Shown piece after piece: positions 27,345 through 42,361 of a stretch of DNA of 64,000 nt. Under the pieces are notes generated by a model. That model ran no database searches. It saw only the letters and a list, made by a program, of their open reading frames with translations, and was not told where the DNA came from. A program made the translations under genes and the position numbers. How positions within the stretch are numbered: position 1 is the stretch's first letter; each line of letters starts with the position of its first letter. The DNA is from Eledone cirrhosa (taxonomy: Eukaryota), in contig OZ024765.1 in assembly GCA_964016885.1 (NCBI GenBank), forward strand, positions 19,654,001 through 19,718,000, read 5' to 3'.

Positions 27345-30300
27345 TGTATCTTTGTGGTGATATAATAAAACCTTTCCATCTCACACAACCCTACATTAAC
27401 CACCTCAGTCCTTCACCAGATAGTTTTATATGTTTGAGGTGAAATGATAAAACCTTTCCACCTCACATAATCCACCATTAACTACCTCAGTCCTTCACCA
27501 GATATCTTTATATCTTTTTGGTGACATGATAAAACCTTTGCACCCTACACGATCCACCATTAACTGCCTCAGTCCTTCACCAGATATCACTATATCTTTC
27601 AAGCGACATGATAAACCGTTTCTATCTCACACAACCCTACATTAACAGCCTCAGTCCTTCACCAGATATCACTATATCTTTGAAGCGACATGATAAACCC
27701 TTTCTATCTCACACAACCCTACATTAACAGCCTCAGTCCTTCACCAGATATCACTATATCTTTGAAGCGACATGATAAACCCTTTCTATCTCACACAACC
27801 CTACATTAACAGCCTCAGTCCTTCACCAGATATCACTATATCTTTCAAGCGACATGATAAACCGTTTCTATCTCACACAACCCTACATTAACAGCCTCAG
27901 TCCTTCACCAGATATCACTATATCTTTGAAGCGACATGATAAACCCTTTCTATCTCACACAACCCTACATTAACAGCCTCAGTCCTTCACCAGATATCAC
28001 TATATCTTTCAAGCGACATGATAAACCCTTTCTATCTCACACAACCCTACATTAACAGCCTCAGTCCTTCACCAGATATCACTATATCTTTGAAGCGACA
28101 TGATAAACCCTTTCTATCTCACACAACCCTACATTAACAGCCTCAGTCCTTCACCAGATATCACTATATCTTTCAAGCGACATGATAAACCCTTTCTATC
28201 TCACACAACCCTACATTAACAGCCTCAGTCCTTCACCAGATATCACTATATCTTTCAAGCGACATGATAAACCCTTTCTATCTCACACAACCCTACATTA
28301 ACAGCCTCAGTCCTTCACCAGATATCACTATATCTTTGAAGCGACATGAGAAACCCTTTCTATCTCACACAACCCTACATTAACAGCCTCAGTCCTTCAC
28401 CAGATATCACTATATCTTTCAAGCGACATGATAAACCCTTTCTATCTCACACAACCCTACATTAACAGCCTCAGTCCTTCACCAGATATCACTATATCTT
28501 TGAAGCGACACGATAAACCCTTTCCATCTCACACAACCCTACATTAACAGCCTCAGTCCTTCACCAGATATCACTATATCTTTCAAGCGACATGATAAAC
28601 CCTTTCTATCTCACACAACCCTACATTAACAGCCTCAGTCCTTCACCAGATATCACTATATCTTTCAAGCGACATGATAAACCCTTTCTATCTCACACAA
28701 CCCTACATTAACAGCCTCAGTGCTTCACCAGATATCACTATATCTTTCAAGCGACATGATAAACCCTTTCTATCTCACACAACCCTACATTAACAGCCTC
28801 AGTCCTTCACCAGATATCATTATATCTTTGAAGCGACATGATAAACCCTTTCTATCTCACACAACCCTACATTAACAGCCTCAGTCCTTCACCAGATATC
28901 ACTATATCTTTCAAGCGACATGATAAACCCTTTCTATCTCACACAACCCTACATTAACAGCCTCAGTCCTTCACCAGCTATCACTATATCTTTGAAGCGA
29001 CATGATAAACCCTTTCTATCTCACACAACCCTACATTAACAGCCTCAGTCCTTCACCAGATATCACTATATCTTTGAAGCGACATGATAAACCCTTTCCA
29101 TCTCACACAACCCTACATTAACAGCCTCAGTCCTTCACCAGATATCACTATATCTTTGAAGCGACATGATAAACCCTTTCCATCTCACACAACCCTACAT
29201 TAACAGCCTCAGTCCTTCACCAGATATCACTATATCTTTGAAGCGACATGATAAACCCTTTCTATCTCACACAACCCTACATTAACAGCCTCAGTCCTTC
29301 ACCAGATATCACTATATCTTTCAAGCGACATGATAAACCCTTTCTATCTCACACAACCCTACATTAACAGCCTCAGTCCTTCACCAGATATCACTATATC
29401 TTTGAAGCGACATGATAAACCCTTTCTATCTCACACAACCCTACATTAACAGCCTCAGTCCTTCACCAGATATCACTATATCTTTCAAGCGACATGATAA
29501 ACCCTTTCTATCTCACACAACCCTACATTAACAGCCTCAGTCCTTCACCAGATATCACTATATCTTTCAAGCGACATGATAAACCCTTTCTATCTCACAC
29601 AACCCTACATTAACAGCCTCAGTCCTTCACCAGATATCACTATATCTTTGAAGCGACATGATAAACCCTTTCTATCTCACACAACCCTACATTAACAGCC
29701 TCAGTCCTTCACCAGATATCACTATATCTTTGAAGCGACATGATAAACCCTTTCTATCTCACACAACCCTACATTAACAGCCTCAGTCCTTCACCAGATA
29801 TCACTATATCTTTCAAGCGACATGATAAACCCTTTCTATCTCACACAACCCTACATTAACAGCCTCAGTCCTTCACTAGATATCACTATATCTTTGAAGC
29901 GACATGATAAACCCTTTCTATCTCACACAACCCTACATTAACAGCCTCAATCCTTCACCAGCTATCACTATATCTTTCAAGCGACATGATAAACCCTTTC
30001 TATCTCACACAACCCTACATTAACAGCCTCAGTCCTTCACCAGATATCACTATATCTTTGAAGCGACATGATAAACCCTTTCTATCTCACACAACCCTAC
30101 ATTAACAGCCTCAGTCCTTCACCAGATATCACTATATCTTTGAAGCGACATGATAAACCCTTTCTATCTCACACAACCCTACATTAACAGCCTCAGTCCT
30201 TCACCAGATATCACTATATCTTTCAAGCGACATGATAAACCCTTTCTATCTCACACAACCCTACATTAACAGCCTCAGTCCTTCACCAGATATCACTATA

Positions 30301-33300
30301 TCTTTCAAGCGACATGATAAACCCTTTCTATCTCACACAACCCTACATTAACAGCCTTAGTCCTTAGCGAGCTATCTCTATATCTTTTTGGTGATATGAT
30401 AACCCTTTCCACCTCACACAACCCTACATTAACAGCCTTAGTCCTTCACCAGATATCACTGTATCTTTGAAGCGACATGATAAACCCTTTCTATCTCACA
30501 CAACCCTACATTAACAGCCTCAGTCCTTCACCAGATATCACTATATCTTTCAAGCGACATGATAAACCCTTTCTATCTCACACAACCCTACATTAACAGC
30601 CTCAGTCCTTCACCAGATATCACTATATCTTTCAAGCGACATGATAAACCCTTTCTATCTCACACAACCCTACATTAACAGCCTCAGTCCTTCACCAGAT
30701 ATCACTATATCTTTCAAGCGACATGATAAACCCTTTCTATCTCACACAACCCTACATTAACAGCCTCAGTCCTTCACCAGATATCACTATATCTTTCAAG
30801 CGACATGATAAACCCTTTCTATCTCACACAACCCTACATTAACAGCCTCAGTCCTTCACCAGATATCACTATATCTTTCAAGCGACATGATAAACCCTTT
30901 CCACCTCACACAACCCTACATTAACAGCCTCAGTCCTTCACCAGATATCACTATATCTTTCAAGCGACATGATAAACCCTTTCTATCTCACACAACCCTA
31001 CATTAACAGCCTCAGTCCTTCACCAGATATCACTATATCTTTGAAGCGACATGATAAACCCTTTCTATCTCACACAACCCTACATTAACAGCCTCAGTCC
31101 TTCACCAGATATCACTATATCTTTCAATCGACATGATAAACCCTTTCTATCTCACACAACCCTACATTAACAGCCTCAGTCCTTCACCAGATATCACTAT
31201 ATCTTTGAAGCGACATGATAAACCCTTTCTATCTCACACAACCCTACATTAACAGCCTCAGTCCTTCACCAGATATCACTATATCTTTCAAGCGACATGA
31301 TAAACCCTTTCCACCTCACACAACCCTACATTAACAGCCTCGGTGCTTCACCAGATATCACTATATCTTTGAAGCGACATGATAAACCCTTTCTATCTCA
31401 CACAACCCTACATTAACAGCCTCAGTCCTTCACCAGATATCACTATATCTTTCAAGCGACATGATAAACCCTTTCTATCTCACACAACCCTACATTAACA
31501 GCCTCAGTCCTTCACCAGATATCACTATATCTTTCAAGCGACATGATAAACCCTTTCTATCTCACACAACCCTACATTAACAGCCTCAGTCCTTCACCAG
31601 ATATCACTATATCTTTCAAGCGACATGATAAACCCTTTCCACCTCACACAACCCTACATTAACAGCCTCAGTCCTTCACCAGATATCACTATATCTTTCA
31701 AGCGACATGATAAACCCTTTCTATCTCACACAACCCTACATTAACAGCCTCAGTCCTTCACCAGATATCACTATATCTTTGAAGCGACATGATAAACCCT
31801 TTCTATCTCACACAACCCTACATTAACAGCCTCAGTCCTTCACCAGATATCACTATATCTTTCAATCGACATGATAAACCCTTTCTATCTCACACAACCC
31901 TACATTAACAGCCTCAGTCCTTCACCAGATATCACTATATCTTTGAAGCGACATGATAAACCCTTTCTATCTCACACAACCCTACATTAACAGCCTCAGT
32001 CCTTCACCAGATATCACTATATCTTTCAAGCGACATGATAAACCCTTTCCACCTCACACAACCCTACATTAACAGCCTCGGTGCTTCACCAGATATCACT
32101 ATATCTTTGAAGCGACATGATAAACCCTTTCTATCTCACACAACCCTACATTAACAGCCTCAGTCCTTCACCAGATATCACTATATCTTTCAAGCGACAT
32201 GATAAACCCTTTCTATCTCACACAACCCTACATTAACAGCCTCAGTCCTTCACCAGATATCACTATATCTTTCAAGCGACATGATAAACCCTTTCCACCT
32301 CACACAACCCTACATTAACAGCCTCAGTCCTTCACCAGATATCACTATATCTTTGAAGCGACATGATAAACCCTTTCTATCTCACACAACCCTACATTAA
32401 CAGCCTCAGTCCTTCACCAGATATCACTATATCTTTCAAGCGACATGATAAACCCTTTCTATCTCACACAACCCTACATTAACAGCCTCAGTCCTTCACC
32501 AGATATCACTATATCTTTCAAGCGACATGATAAACCCTTTCTATCTCACACAACCCTACATTAACAGCCTCAGTCCTTCACCAGATATCACTATATCTTT
32601 CAAGCGACATGATAAACCCTTTCTATCTCACACAACTCTACATTAACAGCCTCAGTCCTTCACCAGATATCACTATGTCTTTCAGGCGACATGATAAACC
32701 CTTTCTATCTCACACAACCCTACATTAACAGCCTCAGTCCTTCACCAGATATCACTATATCTTTGAAGCGACATGATAAACCCTTTCTATCTCACACAAC
32801 CCTACATTAACAGCCTCAGTCCTTCACCAGATATCACTATATCTTTCAAGCGACATGATAAACCCTTTCTATCTCACACAACCCTACATTAACAGCCCCA
32901 GTCCTTCACCAGATATCACTATATCTTTGAAGCGACATGATAAACCCTTTCTATCTCACACAACCCTACATTAACAGCCTCAGTCCTTCACCAGATATCA
33001 CTATATCTTTGAAGCGACATGATAAACCCTTTCTATCTCACACAACCCTACATTAACGGCCTCAGTCCTTCACCAGATATCACTATATCTTTGAAGCGAC
33101 ATGATAAACCCTTTCTATCTCACACAACCCCACATTAACAGCCTCAGTCCTTCACCAGATATCACTATATCTTTCAAGCGACATGATAAACCCTTTCTAT
33201 CTCACACAACCCTACATTAACAGCCTCAGTCCTTCACCAGATATCACTATATCTTTGAAGCGACATGATAAACCCTTTCTATCTCACACAACCCTACATT

Positions 33301-36300
33301 AACAGCCTTAGTCCTTCACCAGATATCACTATATCTTTGAAGCGATATGATAAACCCTTTCCATCTCACACAACCCTACATTAACAGCCTTAGTCCTTCA
33401 CCAGCTATCACTATATCTTTGAAGCGACATGATAAACCCTTTCTATCTCACACAACCCTACATTAACAGCCTTAGTCCTTCACCAGATATCACTATATCT
33501 TTGAAGCGACATGATAAACCCTTTCTATCTCACACAACCCTACATTAACAGCCTTAGTCCTTAGCGAGCTATCTCTATATCTTTTTGGTGATATGATAAC
33601 CCTTTCCACCTCACACAACCCTACATTAACAGCCTTAGTCCTTCACCAGCTATCTCTATATCTTTTTGGTGATATGATAACCCTTTCCACCTCACACAAC
33701 CCTACATTAACAGCCTTAGTCCTTCACCAGATATCACTGTATCTTTGAAGCGACATGATAAACCCTTTCTATCTCACACAACCCTACATTAACAGCCTCA
33801 GTCCTTCACCAGATATCACTATATCTTTCAAGCGACATGATAAACCCTTTCTATCTCACACAACCCTACATTAACAGCCTCAGTCCTTCACCAGATATCA
33901 CTATATCTTTCAAGCGACATGATAAACCCTTTCCACCTCACACAACCCTACATTAACAGCCTCGGTGCTTCACCAGATATCACTATATCTTTGAAGCGAC
34001 ATGATAAACCCTTTCCATCTCACACAACCCTACATTAACAGCCTCAGTCCTTCACCAGATATCACTATATCTTTCAAGCGACATGATAAACCCTTTCTAT
34101 CTCACACAACCCTACATTAACAGCCTCAGTCCTTCACCAGATATCACTATATCTTTCAAGCGACATGATAAACCCTTTCCACCTCACACAACCCTACATT
34201 AACAGCCTCAGTCCTTCACCAGTTATCACTATATCTTTGAAGCGACATGATAAACCCTTTCTATCTCACACAACCCTACATTAACAGCCTCAGTCCTTCA
34301 CCAGATATCACTATATCTTTGAAGCGACATGATAAACCCTTTCTATCTCACACAACTCTACATTAACAGCCTCAGTCCTTCACCAGATATCACTATATCT
34401 TTCAAGCGACATGATAAACCCTTTCTATCTCACACAACTCTACATTAACAGCCTCAGTCCTTCACCAGATATCACTATATCTTTCAAGCGACATGATAAA
34501 CCCTTTCTATCTCACACAACCCTACATTAACAGCCTCAGTCCTTCACCAGATATCACTATATCTTTGAAGCGACATGATAAACCCTTTCTATCTCACACA
34601 ACCCTACATTAACAGCCTCAGTCCTTCACCAGATATCACTATATCTTTCAAGCGACATGATAAACCCTTTCTATCTCACACAACCCTACATTAACAGCCT
34701 CAGTCCTTCACCAGATATCACTATATCTTTGAAGCGACATGATAAACCCTTTCTATCTCACACAACCCTACATTAACAGCCTCAGTCCTTCACCAGATAT
34801 CACTATATCTTTGAAGCGACATAATAAACCCTTTCTATCTCACACAACCCTACATTAACAGCCTCAGTCCTTCACCAGATATCACTATATCTTTCAAGCG
34901 ACATGATAAACCCTTTCTATCTCACACGACCCTACATTAACAGCCTCAGTCCTTCACCAGATATCACTATATCTTTGAAGCGACATGATAAACCCTTTCT
35001 ATCTCACACAACCCTACATTAACAGCCTCAGTCCTTCACCAGATATCACTATATCTTTGAAGCGACATGATAAACCCTTTCTATCTCACACAACCCTACA
35101 TTAACAGCCTTAGTCCTTCACCAGATATCACTATATCTTTGAAGCGATATAATAAACCCTTTCCATCTCACACAACCCTACATTAACAGCCTTAGTCCTT
35201 CACCAGATATCACTATATCTTTGAAGCGACATGATAAACCCTTTCTATCTCACACAACCCTACATTAACAGCCTTAGTCCTTCACCAGATATCACTATAT
35301 CTTTGAAGCGACATGATAAACCCTTTCTATCTCACACAACCCTACATTATCAGCCTTAGTCCTTAGCGAGCTATCTCTATATCTTTTTGGTGATATGATA
35401 ACCCTTTCCACCTCACACAACCCTACATTAACAGCCTTAGTCCTTCACCAGATATCACTGTATCTTTGAAGCGACATGATAAACCCTTTCTATCTCACAC
35501 AACCCTACATTAACAGCCTCAGTCCTTCACCAGATATCACTATATCTTTCAAGCGACATGATAAACCCTTTCTATCTCACACAACCCTACATTAACAGCC
35601 TCAGTCCTTCACCAGATATCATTATATCTTTCAAGCGACATGATAAACCCTTTCTATCTCACACAACCCTACATTAACAGCCTCAGTCCTTCACCAGATA
35701 TCACTATATCTTTCAAGCGACATGATAAACCCTTTCTATCTCACACAACCCTACATTAACAGCCTCAGTCCTTCACCAGATATCACTATATCTTTGAAGC
35801 GACATGATAAACCCTTTCTATCTCACACAACCCTACATTAACAGCCTCAGTCCTTCACCAGATATCACTATATCTTTCAAGCGACATGATAAACCCTTTC
35901 CACCTCACACAACCCTACATTAACAGCCTCGGTGCTTCACCAGATATCACTATATCTTTGAAGCGACATGATAAACCCTTTCTATCTCACACAACCCTAC
36001 ATTAACAGCCTCAGTCCTTCACCAGATATCACTATATCTTTCAAGCGACATGATAAACCCTTTCTATCTCACACAACCCTACATTAACAGCCTCAGTCCT
36101 TCACCAGATATCACTATATCTTTCAAGCGACATGATAAACCCTTTCCACCTCACACAACCCTACATTAACAGCCTCAGTCCTTCACCAGATATCACTATA
36201 TCTTTGAAGCGACATGATAAACCCTTTCTATCTCACACAACCCTACATTAACAGCCTCAGTCCTTCACCAGATATCACTATATCTTTCAAGCGACATGAT

Positions 36301-39145
36301 AAACCCTTTCTATCTCACACAACCCTACATTAACAGCCTCAGTCCTTCACCAGATATCACTATAACTTTCAAGCGACATGATAAACCCTTTCTATCTCAC
36401 ACAACTCTACATTAACAGCCTCAGTCCTTCACCAGATATCACTATATCTTTCAAGCGACATGATAAACCCTTTCTATCTCACACAACCCTACATTAACAG
36501 CCTCAGTCCTTCACCAGATATCACTATATCTTTGAAGCGACATGATAAACCCTTTCTATCTCACACAACCTTACATTAACAGCCTCAGTCCTTCACCAGA
36601 TATCACTATATCTTTCAAGCGACATGATAAACCCTTTCTATCTCACACAACCCTACATTAACAGCCTCAGTCCTTCACCAGATATCACTATATCTTTCAA
36701 GCGACATGATAAACCCTTTCTATCTCACACAACCCTACATTAACAGCCTCAGTCCTTCACCAGATATCACTATATCTTTGAAGCGACATGATAAACCCTT
36801 TCTATCTCACACAACTCTACATTAACAGCCTCAGTCCTTCACCAGATATCACTATATCTTTGAAGCGACATGATAAACCCTTTCTATCTCACACAACCCT
36901 ACATTAACAGCCTCAGTCCTTCACCAGATATCACTATATCTTTCAAGCGACATGATAAACCCTTTCTATCTCACACAACCCTACATTAACAGCCTCAGTC
37001 CTTCACCAGATATCACTATATCTTTGAAGCGACATGATAAACCCTTTCTATCTCACACAACCCTACATTAACAGCCTCAGTCCTTCACCAGATATCACTA
37101 TATCTTTCAAGCGACATGATAAACCCTTTCTATCTCACACAACCCTACATTAACAGCCTCAGTCCTTCACCAGATATCACTATATCTTTCAAGCGACATG
37201 ATAAACCCTTTCCACCTCACACAACCCTACATTAACAGCCTCAGTCCTTCACCAGATATCACTATATCTTTGAAGCGACATGATAAACCCTTTCTATCTC
37301 ACACAACCCTACATTAACAGCCTCAGTCCTTCACCAGATATCACTATATCTTTCAAGCGACATGATAAACCCTTTCTATCTCACACAACCCTACATTAAC
37401 AGCCTCAGTCCTTCACCAGATATCACTATATCTTTCAAGCGACATGATAAACCCTTTCTATCTCACACAACTCTACATTAACAGCCTCAGTCCTTCACCA
37501 GATATCACTATATCTTTCAAGCGACATGATAAACCCTTTCTATCTCACACAACCCTACATTAACAGCCTCAGTCCTTCACCAGATATCACTATATCTTTG
37601 AAGCGACATGATAAACCCTTTCTATCTCACACAACCTTACATTAACAGCCTCAGTCCTTCACCAGATATCACTATATCTTTGAAGCGACATGATAAACCC
37701 TTTCTATCTCACACAACCCTACATTAACAGCCTCAGTCCTTCACCAGATATCACTATATCTTTCAAGCGACATGATAAACCCTTTCTATCTCACACAACC
37801 CTACATTAACAGCCTCAGTCCTTCACCAGATATCACTATATCTTTGAAGCGACATGATAAACCCTTTCTATCTCACACAACTCTACATTAACAGCCTCAG
37901 TCCTTCACCAGATATCACTATATCTTTGAAGCGACATGATAAACCCTTTCTATCTCACACAACCCTACATTAACAGCCTCAGTCCTTCACCAGATATCAC
38001 TATATCTTTGAAGCGACATGATAAACCCTTTCTATCTCACACAACCCTACATTAACAGCCTCAGTCCTTCACCAGATATCACTATATCTTTCAAGCGACA
38101 TGATAAACCCTTTCTATCTCACACAAACCTACATTAACAGCCTCAGTCCTTCACCAGATATCACTATATCTTTGAAGCGACATGATAAACCCTTTCTATC
38201 TCACACAACCCTACATTAACAGCCTTAGTCCTTCACCAGATATCACTATATCTTTGAAGCGATATGATAAACCCTTTCCATCTCACACAACCCTACATTA
38301 ACAGCCTTAGTCCTTCACCAGATATCACTATATCTTTGAAGCGACATGATAAACCCTTTCTATCTCACACAACCCTACATTAACAGCCTTAGTCCTTCAC
38401 CAGCTATCACTATATCTTTGAAGCGACATGATAAACCCTTTCTATCTCACACAACCCTACATTAACAGCCTCAGTCCTTCACCAGATATCACTATATCTT
38501 TGAAGCGACATGATAAACCCTTTCTATCTCACACAACCCTACATTAACAGCCTTAGTCCTTAGCTAGCTATCTCTATATCTTTTTGGTGATATGATAACC
38601 CTTTCCACCTCACACAACCCTACATTAACAGCCTTAGTCCTTCACCAGCTATCTCTATATCTTTTTGGTGATATGATAACCCTTTCCACCTCACACAACC
38701 CTACATTAACAGCCTTAGTCCTTCACCAGCTATCTCTATATCTTTTTGGTGATATGATAACCCTTTCCACCTCACACAACCCTACATTAACAGCCTTAGT
38801 CCTTAGCGAGCTATCTCTATATCTTTTTGGTGATATGATAACCCTTTCCACCTCACACAACCCTACATTAACAGCCTTAGTCCTTCACCAGCTATCTCTA
38901 TATCTTTTTGGTGATATGATAACCCTTTCCACCTCACACAACCCTACATTAACAGCCTTAGTCCTTCACCAGCTATCTCTATATCTTTTTGGTGATATGA
39001 TAACCCTTCCCACCTCACATGACCAAACCTATCTGACCTCAGTCCTCCACCAAATGGTTCTGTATCTTTGTGGTGATATGATAACCCTTTCCACCTCACA
39101 CCACCCAACACTAGCTACCTCAGTCGTTCACCAGATAGTTCTCTC
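27345..39145. repeat. 82 bp tandem satellite (~140 copies) with interspersed 81 bp variants
   Basis: Unit GATAAACCCTTTCTATCTCACACAACCCTACATTAACAGCCTCAGTCCTTCACCAGATATCACTATATCTTTSAAGCGACAT. Confidence 0.97.
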
Positions 39146-39277
39146 TCTTCCTCCACGACTCTCTTTAATGTCTTGAGAAGTCTTCCATATTTGTATTTCA
39201 CATTAGTGGGCTCCCATAGTAAAAGTATTGTAGCAGGGTTGTTACCCCTCATGACAGGAGCTGTAAGTTGAAGACCC
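39119..39277 (-). CDS. Putative internal exon of an unidentified gene (GLQLTAPVMRGNNPATILLLWEPTNVKYKYGRLLKTLKRVVEEERELSGERL)
   Basis: 159 nt, phase 2-2; acceptor CCATATCAG, donor GAG|GTAGCT; the only open frame fits both neighbouring exons. Confidence 0.55.
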
Positions 39278-39279
39278 CT

Positions 39280-40455
39280 GATATGGATGGTATGGCTAAT
39301 GGGGAGAGGGGGGGGGGCACGTGATATGGATGGTATGGCTAATGGGGAGAGGGGGGGGCACGTGATATGGATGGTATGGCTAATGGGGAGAGGGGGGGGG
39401 GCACGTGATATGGATGGTATGGTTGATGGGGGAAGACACCTGATGGATGGTATGGCTAATGGAGGGGAGGTTGCTGATATGGATGGTATGGCTAATGGAG
39501 GGGAGGTTGCTGATATGGATGGTATGGCTAACAGAGGGGAGGTTGCTGATATGGATGGTATGGCTAACAGAGGGGAGGTTGCTGATATGGATGGTATGGC
39601 TAACAGAGGGGAGGTTGCTGATATGGATGGTATGGCTAATGGAGGGGAGGTTGCTGATATGGATGGTATGGCTAACAGAGGGGAGGTTGCTGATATGGAT
39701 GGTATGGCTAATGGAGGGGAGGTTGCTGTTATGGATGGTATGGCTAACAGAGGGGAGGTTGCTGATATGGATGGTATGGCTAACAGAGGGGAGGTTGCTG
39801 ATATGGATGGTATGGCTAATGGAGGGGAGGTTGCTGATATGGATGGTATGGCTAATGGAGGGGAGGTTGCTGTTATGGATGGTATGGCTAATGGAGGGGA
39901 GGTTGCTGATATGGATGGTATGGCTAACGGAGGGGAGGTTGCTGATATGGATGGTATGGCTAATGGAGGGAAGGTTGCTGATATGGATGGTATGGCTAAC
40001 AGAGGGGAGGTTGCTGATATGGATGGTATGGCTAATGGAGGGGAGGTTGCTGATATGGATGGTATGGCTAATGGAGGGGAGGTTGCTGATATGGATGGTA
40101 TGGCTAATGGAGGGGAGGTTGCTGATATGGATGGTATGGCTAATGGAGGGGAAGTTGCTGATATGGATGGTATGGCTAATGGAGGGGAGGTTGCTGATAT
40201 GGATGGTATGGCTAATGGAGGGGAGGTTGCTGATATGGATGGTATGGCTAATGGTGGTGGAGGGAGACACCTGACATGGATGGTATGGCTGCTGAGGGAC
40301 ACACACACACACACACACACCTGAAATGGATGGTATGACTAATGGGGGAAAGACAGCTAATGGGGGAGGGGCAGCTGATGTGGATGGTATGGCTAATGAG
40401 GGAATGGCAGCTGATGGATGGTATGGCTAATCGGGGGGAGGGGGGAGGTTGCTGA
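39280..40455. repeat. 33 bp G-rich minisatellite (GATATGGATGGTATGGCTAATGGAGGGGAGGTTGCT-type)
   Basis: Direct periodicity with diverged edge units. Confidence 0.9.
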
Positions 40456-40590
40456 AGAGAGATTAGTCAAGAGGTTTGATATGTTTTATCCCCCCCTCAC
40501 CATTCGTGTGTAGTAACCATCTAGAGCTTTAGTGGTAGGTATTGTTAGTGAATTAGTGACCAGGATGTATAGCTAGTTCAATATACTTAC

Positions 40591-40717
40591 TCTCTGCTCC
40601 TGGCAGATAGATAGGAAGGTAGCTGTCGTCTCCACCTAGCAGACACATCATCCAATATTGTGACTATAACAAATAGCAGGATCAGAAGATGAACTGGATT
40701 TAACGGGGAATTCATTT
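40591..40717 (-). CDS. Putative exon with a hydrophobic, signal-peptide-like segment (MNSPLNPVHLLILLFVIVTILDDVSARWRRQLPSYLSARSRE)
   Basis: Strong acceptor ATTTATTTTTCAG and donor GA|GTAAGT; ATG at 40715; phase-2 exit fits exon 39119-39277. Confidence 0.65.
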
Positions 40718-40784
40718 CTGAAAAATAAATATATAAATATATAATACAATGTAAATGACAATCAAAGAGTTTGAAACATTTAAT

Positions 40785-40833
40785 CACTTACAATCGTTTC
40801 ATCCTAGCACACAACGTCGACTTCATCAGAGTA
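40785..40833 (-). ncRNA. Minimal hammerhead, partly decayed
   Basis: Minus strand TACT-CTGATGA-weak stem II-GAAAC-GATT-GTA-AGTG. Confidence 0.55.
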
Positions 40834-40865
40834 CTTCAGCTCTGTAGTATACTTGTTATTTTCAT

Positions 40866-41230
40866 ACACTACATTCTATCCCTCTCAGACACAGTTTCTC
40901 TCTCAACACATTCATGCTGGGTCGTTCATGCACATTGCCACTGAACATCCAACAGAGCATGCTTGCTTCATATCTCCAGCCGTCGCATATCCTCTGCAGT
41001 TGCTGCCCATGTCTCACTACCATGCAGCATCGCGCTCCTCACACAGGCATCATATAACCAGCCTTTCGTACGCAGGGAGAAACCCTTCTTCGTCAGCAGA
41101 GGAAGCAGCTCCCTAAACTTCTTCCAACCCGTCCTTATTCTAGATACTATGGCCTCGGAACACCCCCTCCCATACTAATCTTATCTCTTAGGTAGCGGAG
41201 GCTATCCACCACTTCTATAGCACCCGCCTG
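40866..41230 (-). mobile_element. RTE LINE internal fragment (unedited relative of 19444-20845)
   Basis: High nucleotide similarity to 19720-20085. Confidence 0.9.
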
Positions 41231-41784
41231 CATTGGGATTGGGCCGGTTTGAACATTAAATCACCTGTATCACAGGATCATCAGACAAGACTGGCTTGTC
41301 TGATGAGCTTGTGAGTATTCAGGTGAAACTCACTACTTAGCCATAATAAATGGATATACAACGAGCTTTTGATTCCAGAGTCGGACCAGATCGATACAGA
41401 TCAAACCTTGAGCTGATCAATAGCAAAATGCACGTCAACAATCAATAAACGTAATGAAGGCTTAACAAATCGTCCTTGTATAATTATATTATATTACACT
41501 CTGTTTAACTCTATCCCTCGCTACTGACGTGACTTAAACATCGAGTGCTCACCTGGGTGAACCTACAGTAACTGCACGTTACACTCCCTGGATATATATA
41601 TATGTAGCGTGGAAGATAGACATTAAGCGATGATGATATATATATATGTATATTAGATATTTATATAATATATATATATATTATATTACATATTTATATA
41701 ATAAAATAGATATATATGTGTATGTGTGTATTTAAATTGAAGAAAACCAAGGTTTTTAAATCAAATCTCTATATATATATATGC

Positions 41785-42095
41785 ATAAGGAAAGTATATA
41801 CTTTCACACGTTCAACCATCTGGCAGGAAGGTATACGATGCTGACGATAGCTAATAAGCTTGAAACTAGTACATCGTTCCTGTGTCAGTGTTGAACAAAA
41901 GGGCGACGATGGTTGCCGAGCACTGTACGGTGTAATTCGGGCTGTTTGTTTGTTTACAAACAAACCAAACATTATAATAAATGTTCGGTAAACCCATACG
42001 TACATATATATGTGTGTGCATGTATGTATATATATACATACTACTGTACGTCTGTATACATATATGTATGTACGTATACATACTTATATTTAAAT
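41785..42095 (+). mobile_element. PLE-type non-coding element (family D)
   Basis: Near-identical inverted copy at 56150-56462; carries a hammerhead; (TA)n flanks. Confidence 0.75.
41835..41877 (+). ncRNA. Canonical minimal type I hammerhead ribozyme
   Basis: ACGATG-CTGACGA-T AGCT AATA AGCT T-GAAAC-TA-GTA-CATCGT. Confidence 0.85.
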
Positions 42096-42190
42096 ATATA
42101 TAGTTGAATAAATGAACAGAGAACAAAAAACAGAGAGGCAGTACTAATGATTTGGTTTTTAGTTTCACGTTTAAGAGTGAGGGGTGGGGG

Positions 42191-42223
42191 TCGACGTTTC
42201 GGGCATAAGCCCTTCATCAGGAG
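42191..42223 (-). ncRNA. Minimal PLE-type hammerhead ribozyme
   Basis: Minus strand CTC-CTGATGA-AGGGC TTAT GCCC-GAAAC-GTC-GA. Confidence 0.75.
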
Positions 42224-42361
42224 AACAGTGGGTAGGAAGAGAGTTCCGAGGGTGTGTGGGGGGAGTGGTGGAAAGATATTTTTAAAAAAGGGGGGGGGGA
42301 GAGAAAAGGGGGTAAAACAATTTTTAAAGAGTAAAGGAATATATATATATATATACACATG

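Noticed and set aside
38592-39176. 194 aa ORF of 27-residue repeats
   Set aside because: Arises from 81 bp satellite variants; the dominant 82 bp unit breaks the frame
39287-40324. Plus-strand MDGMANGGEVAD repeat protein (345 aa)
   Set aside because: 33 bp minisatellite open in multiple frames on both strands, with no splice or terminal context
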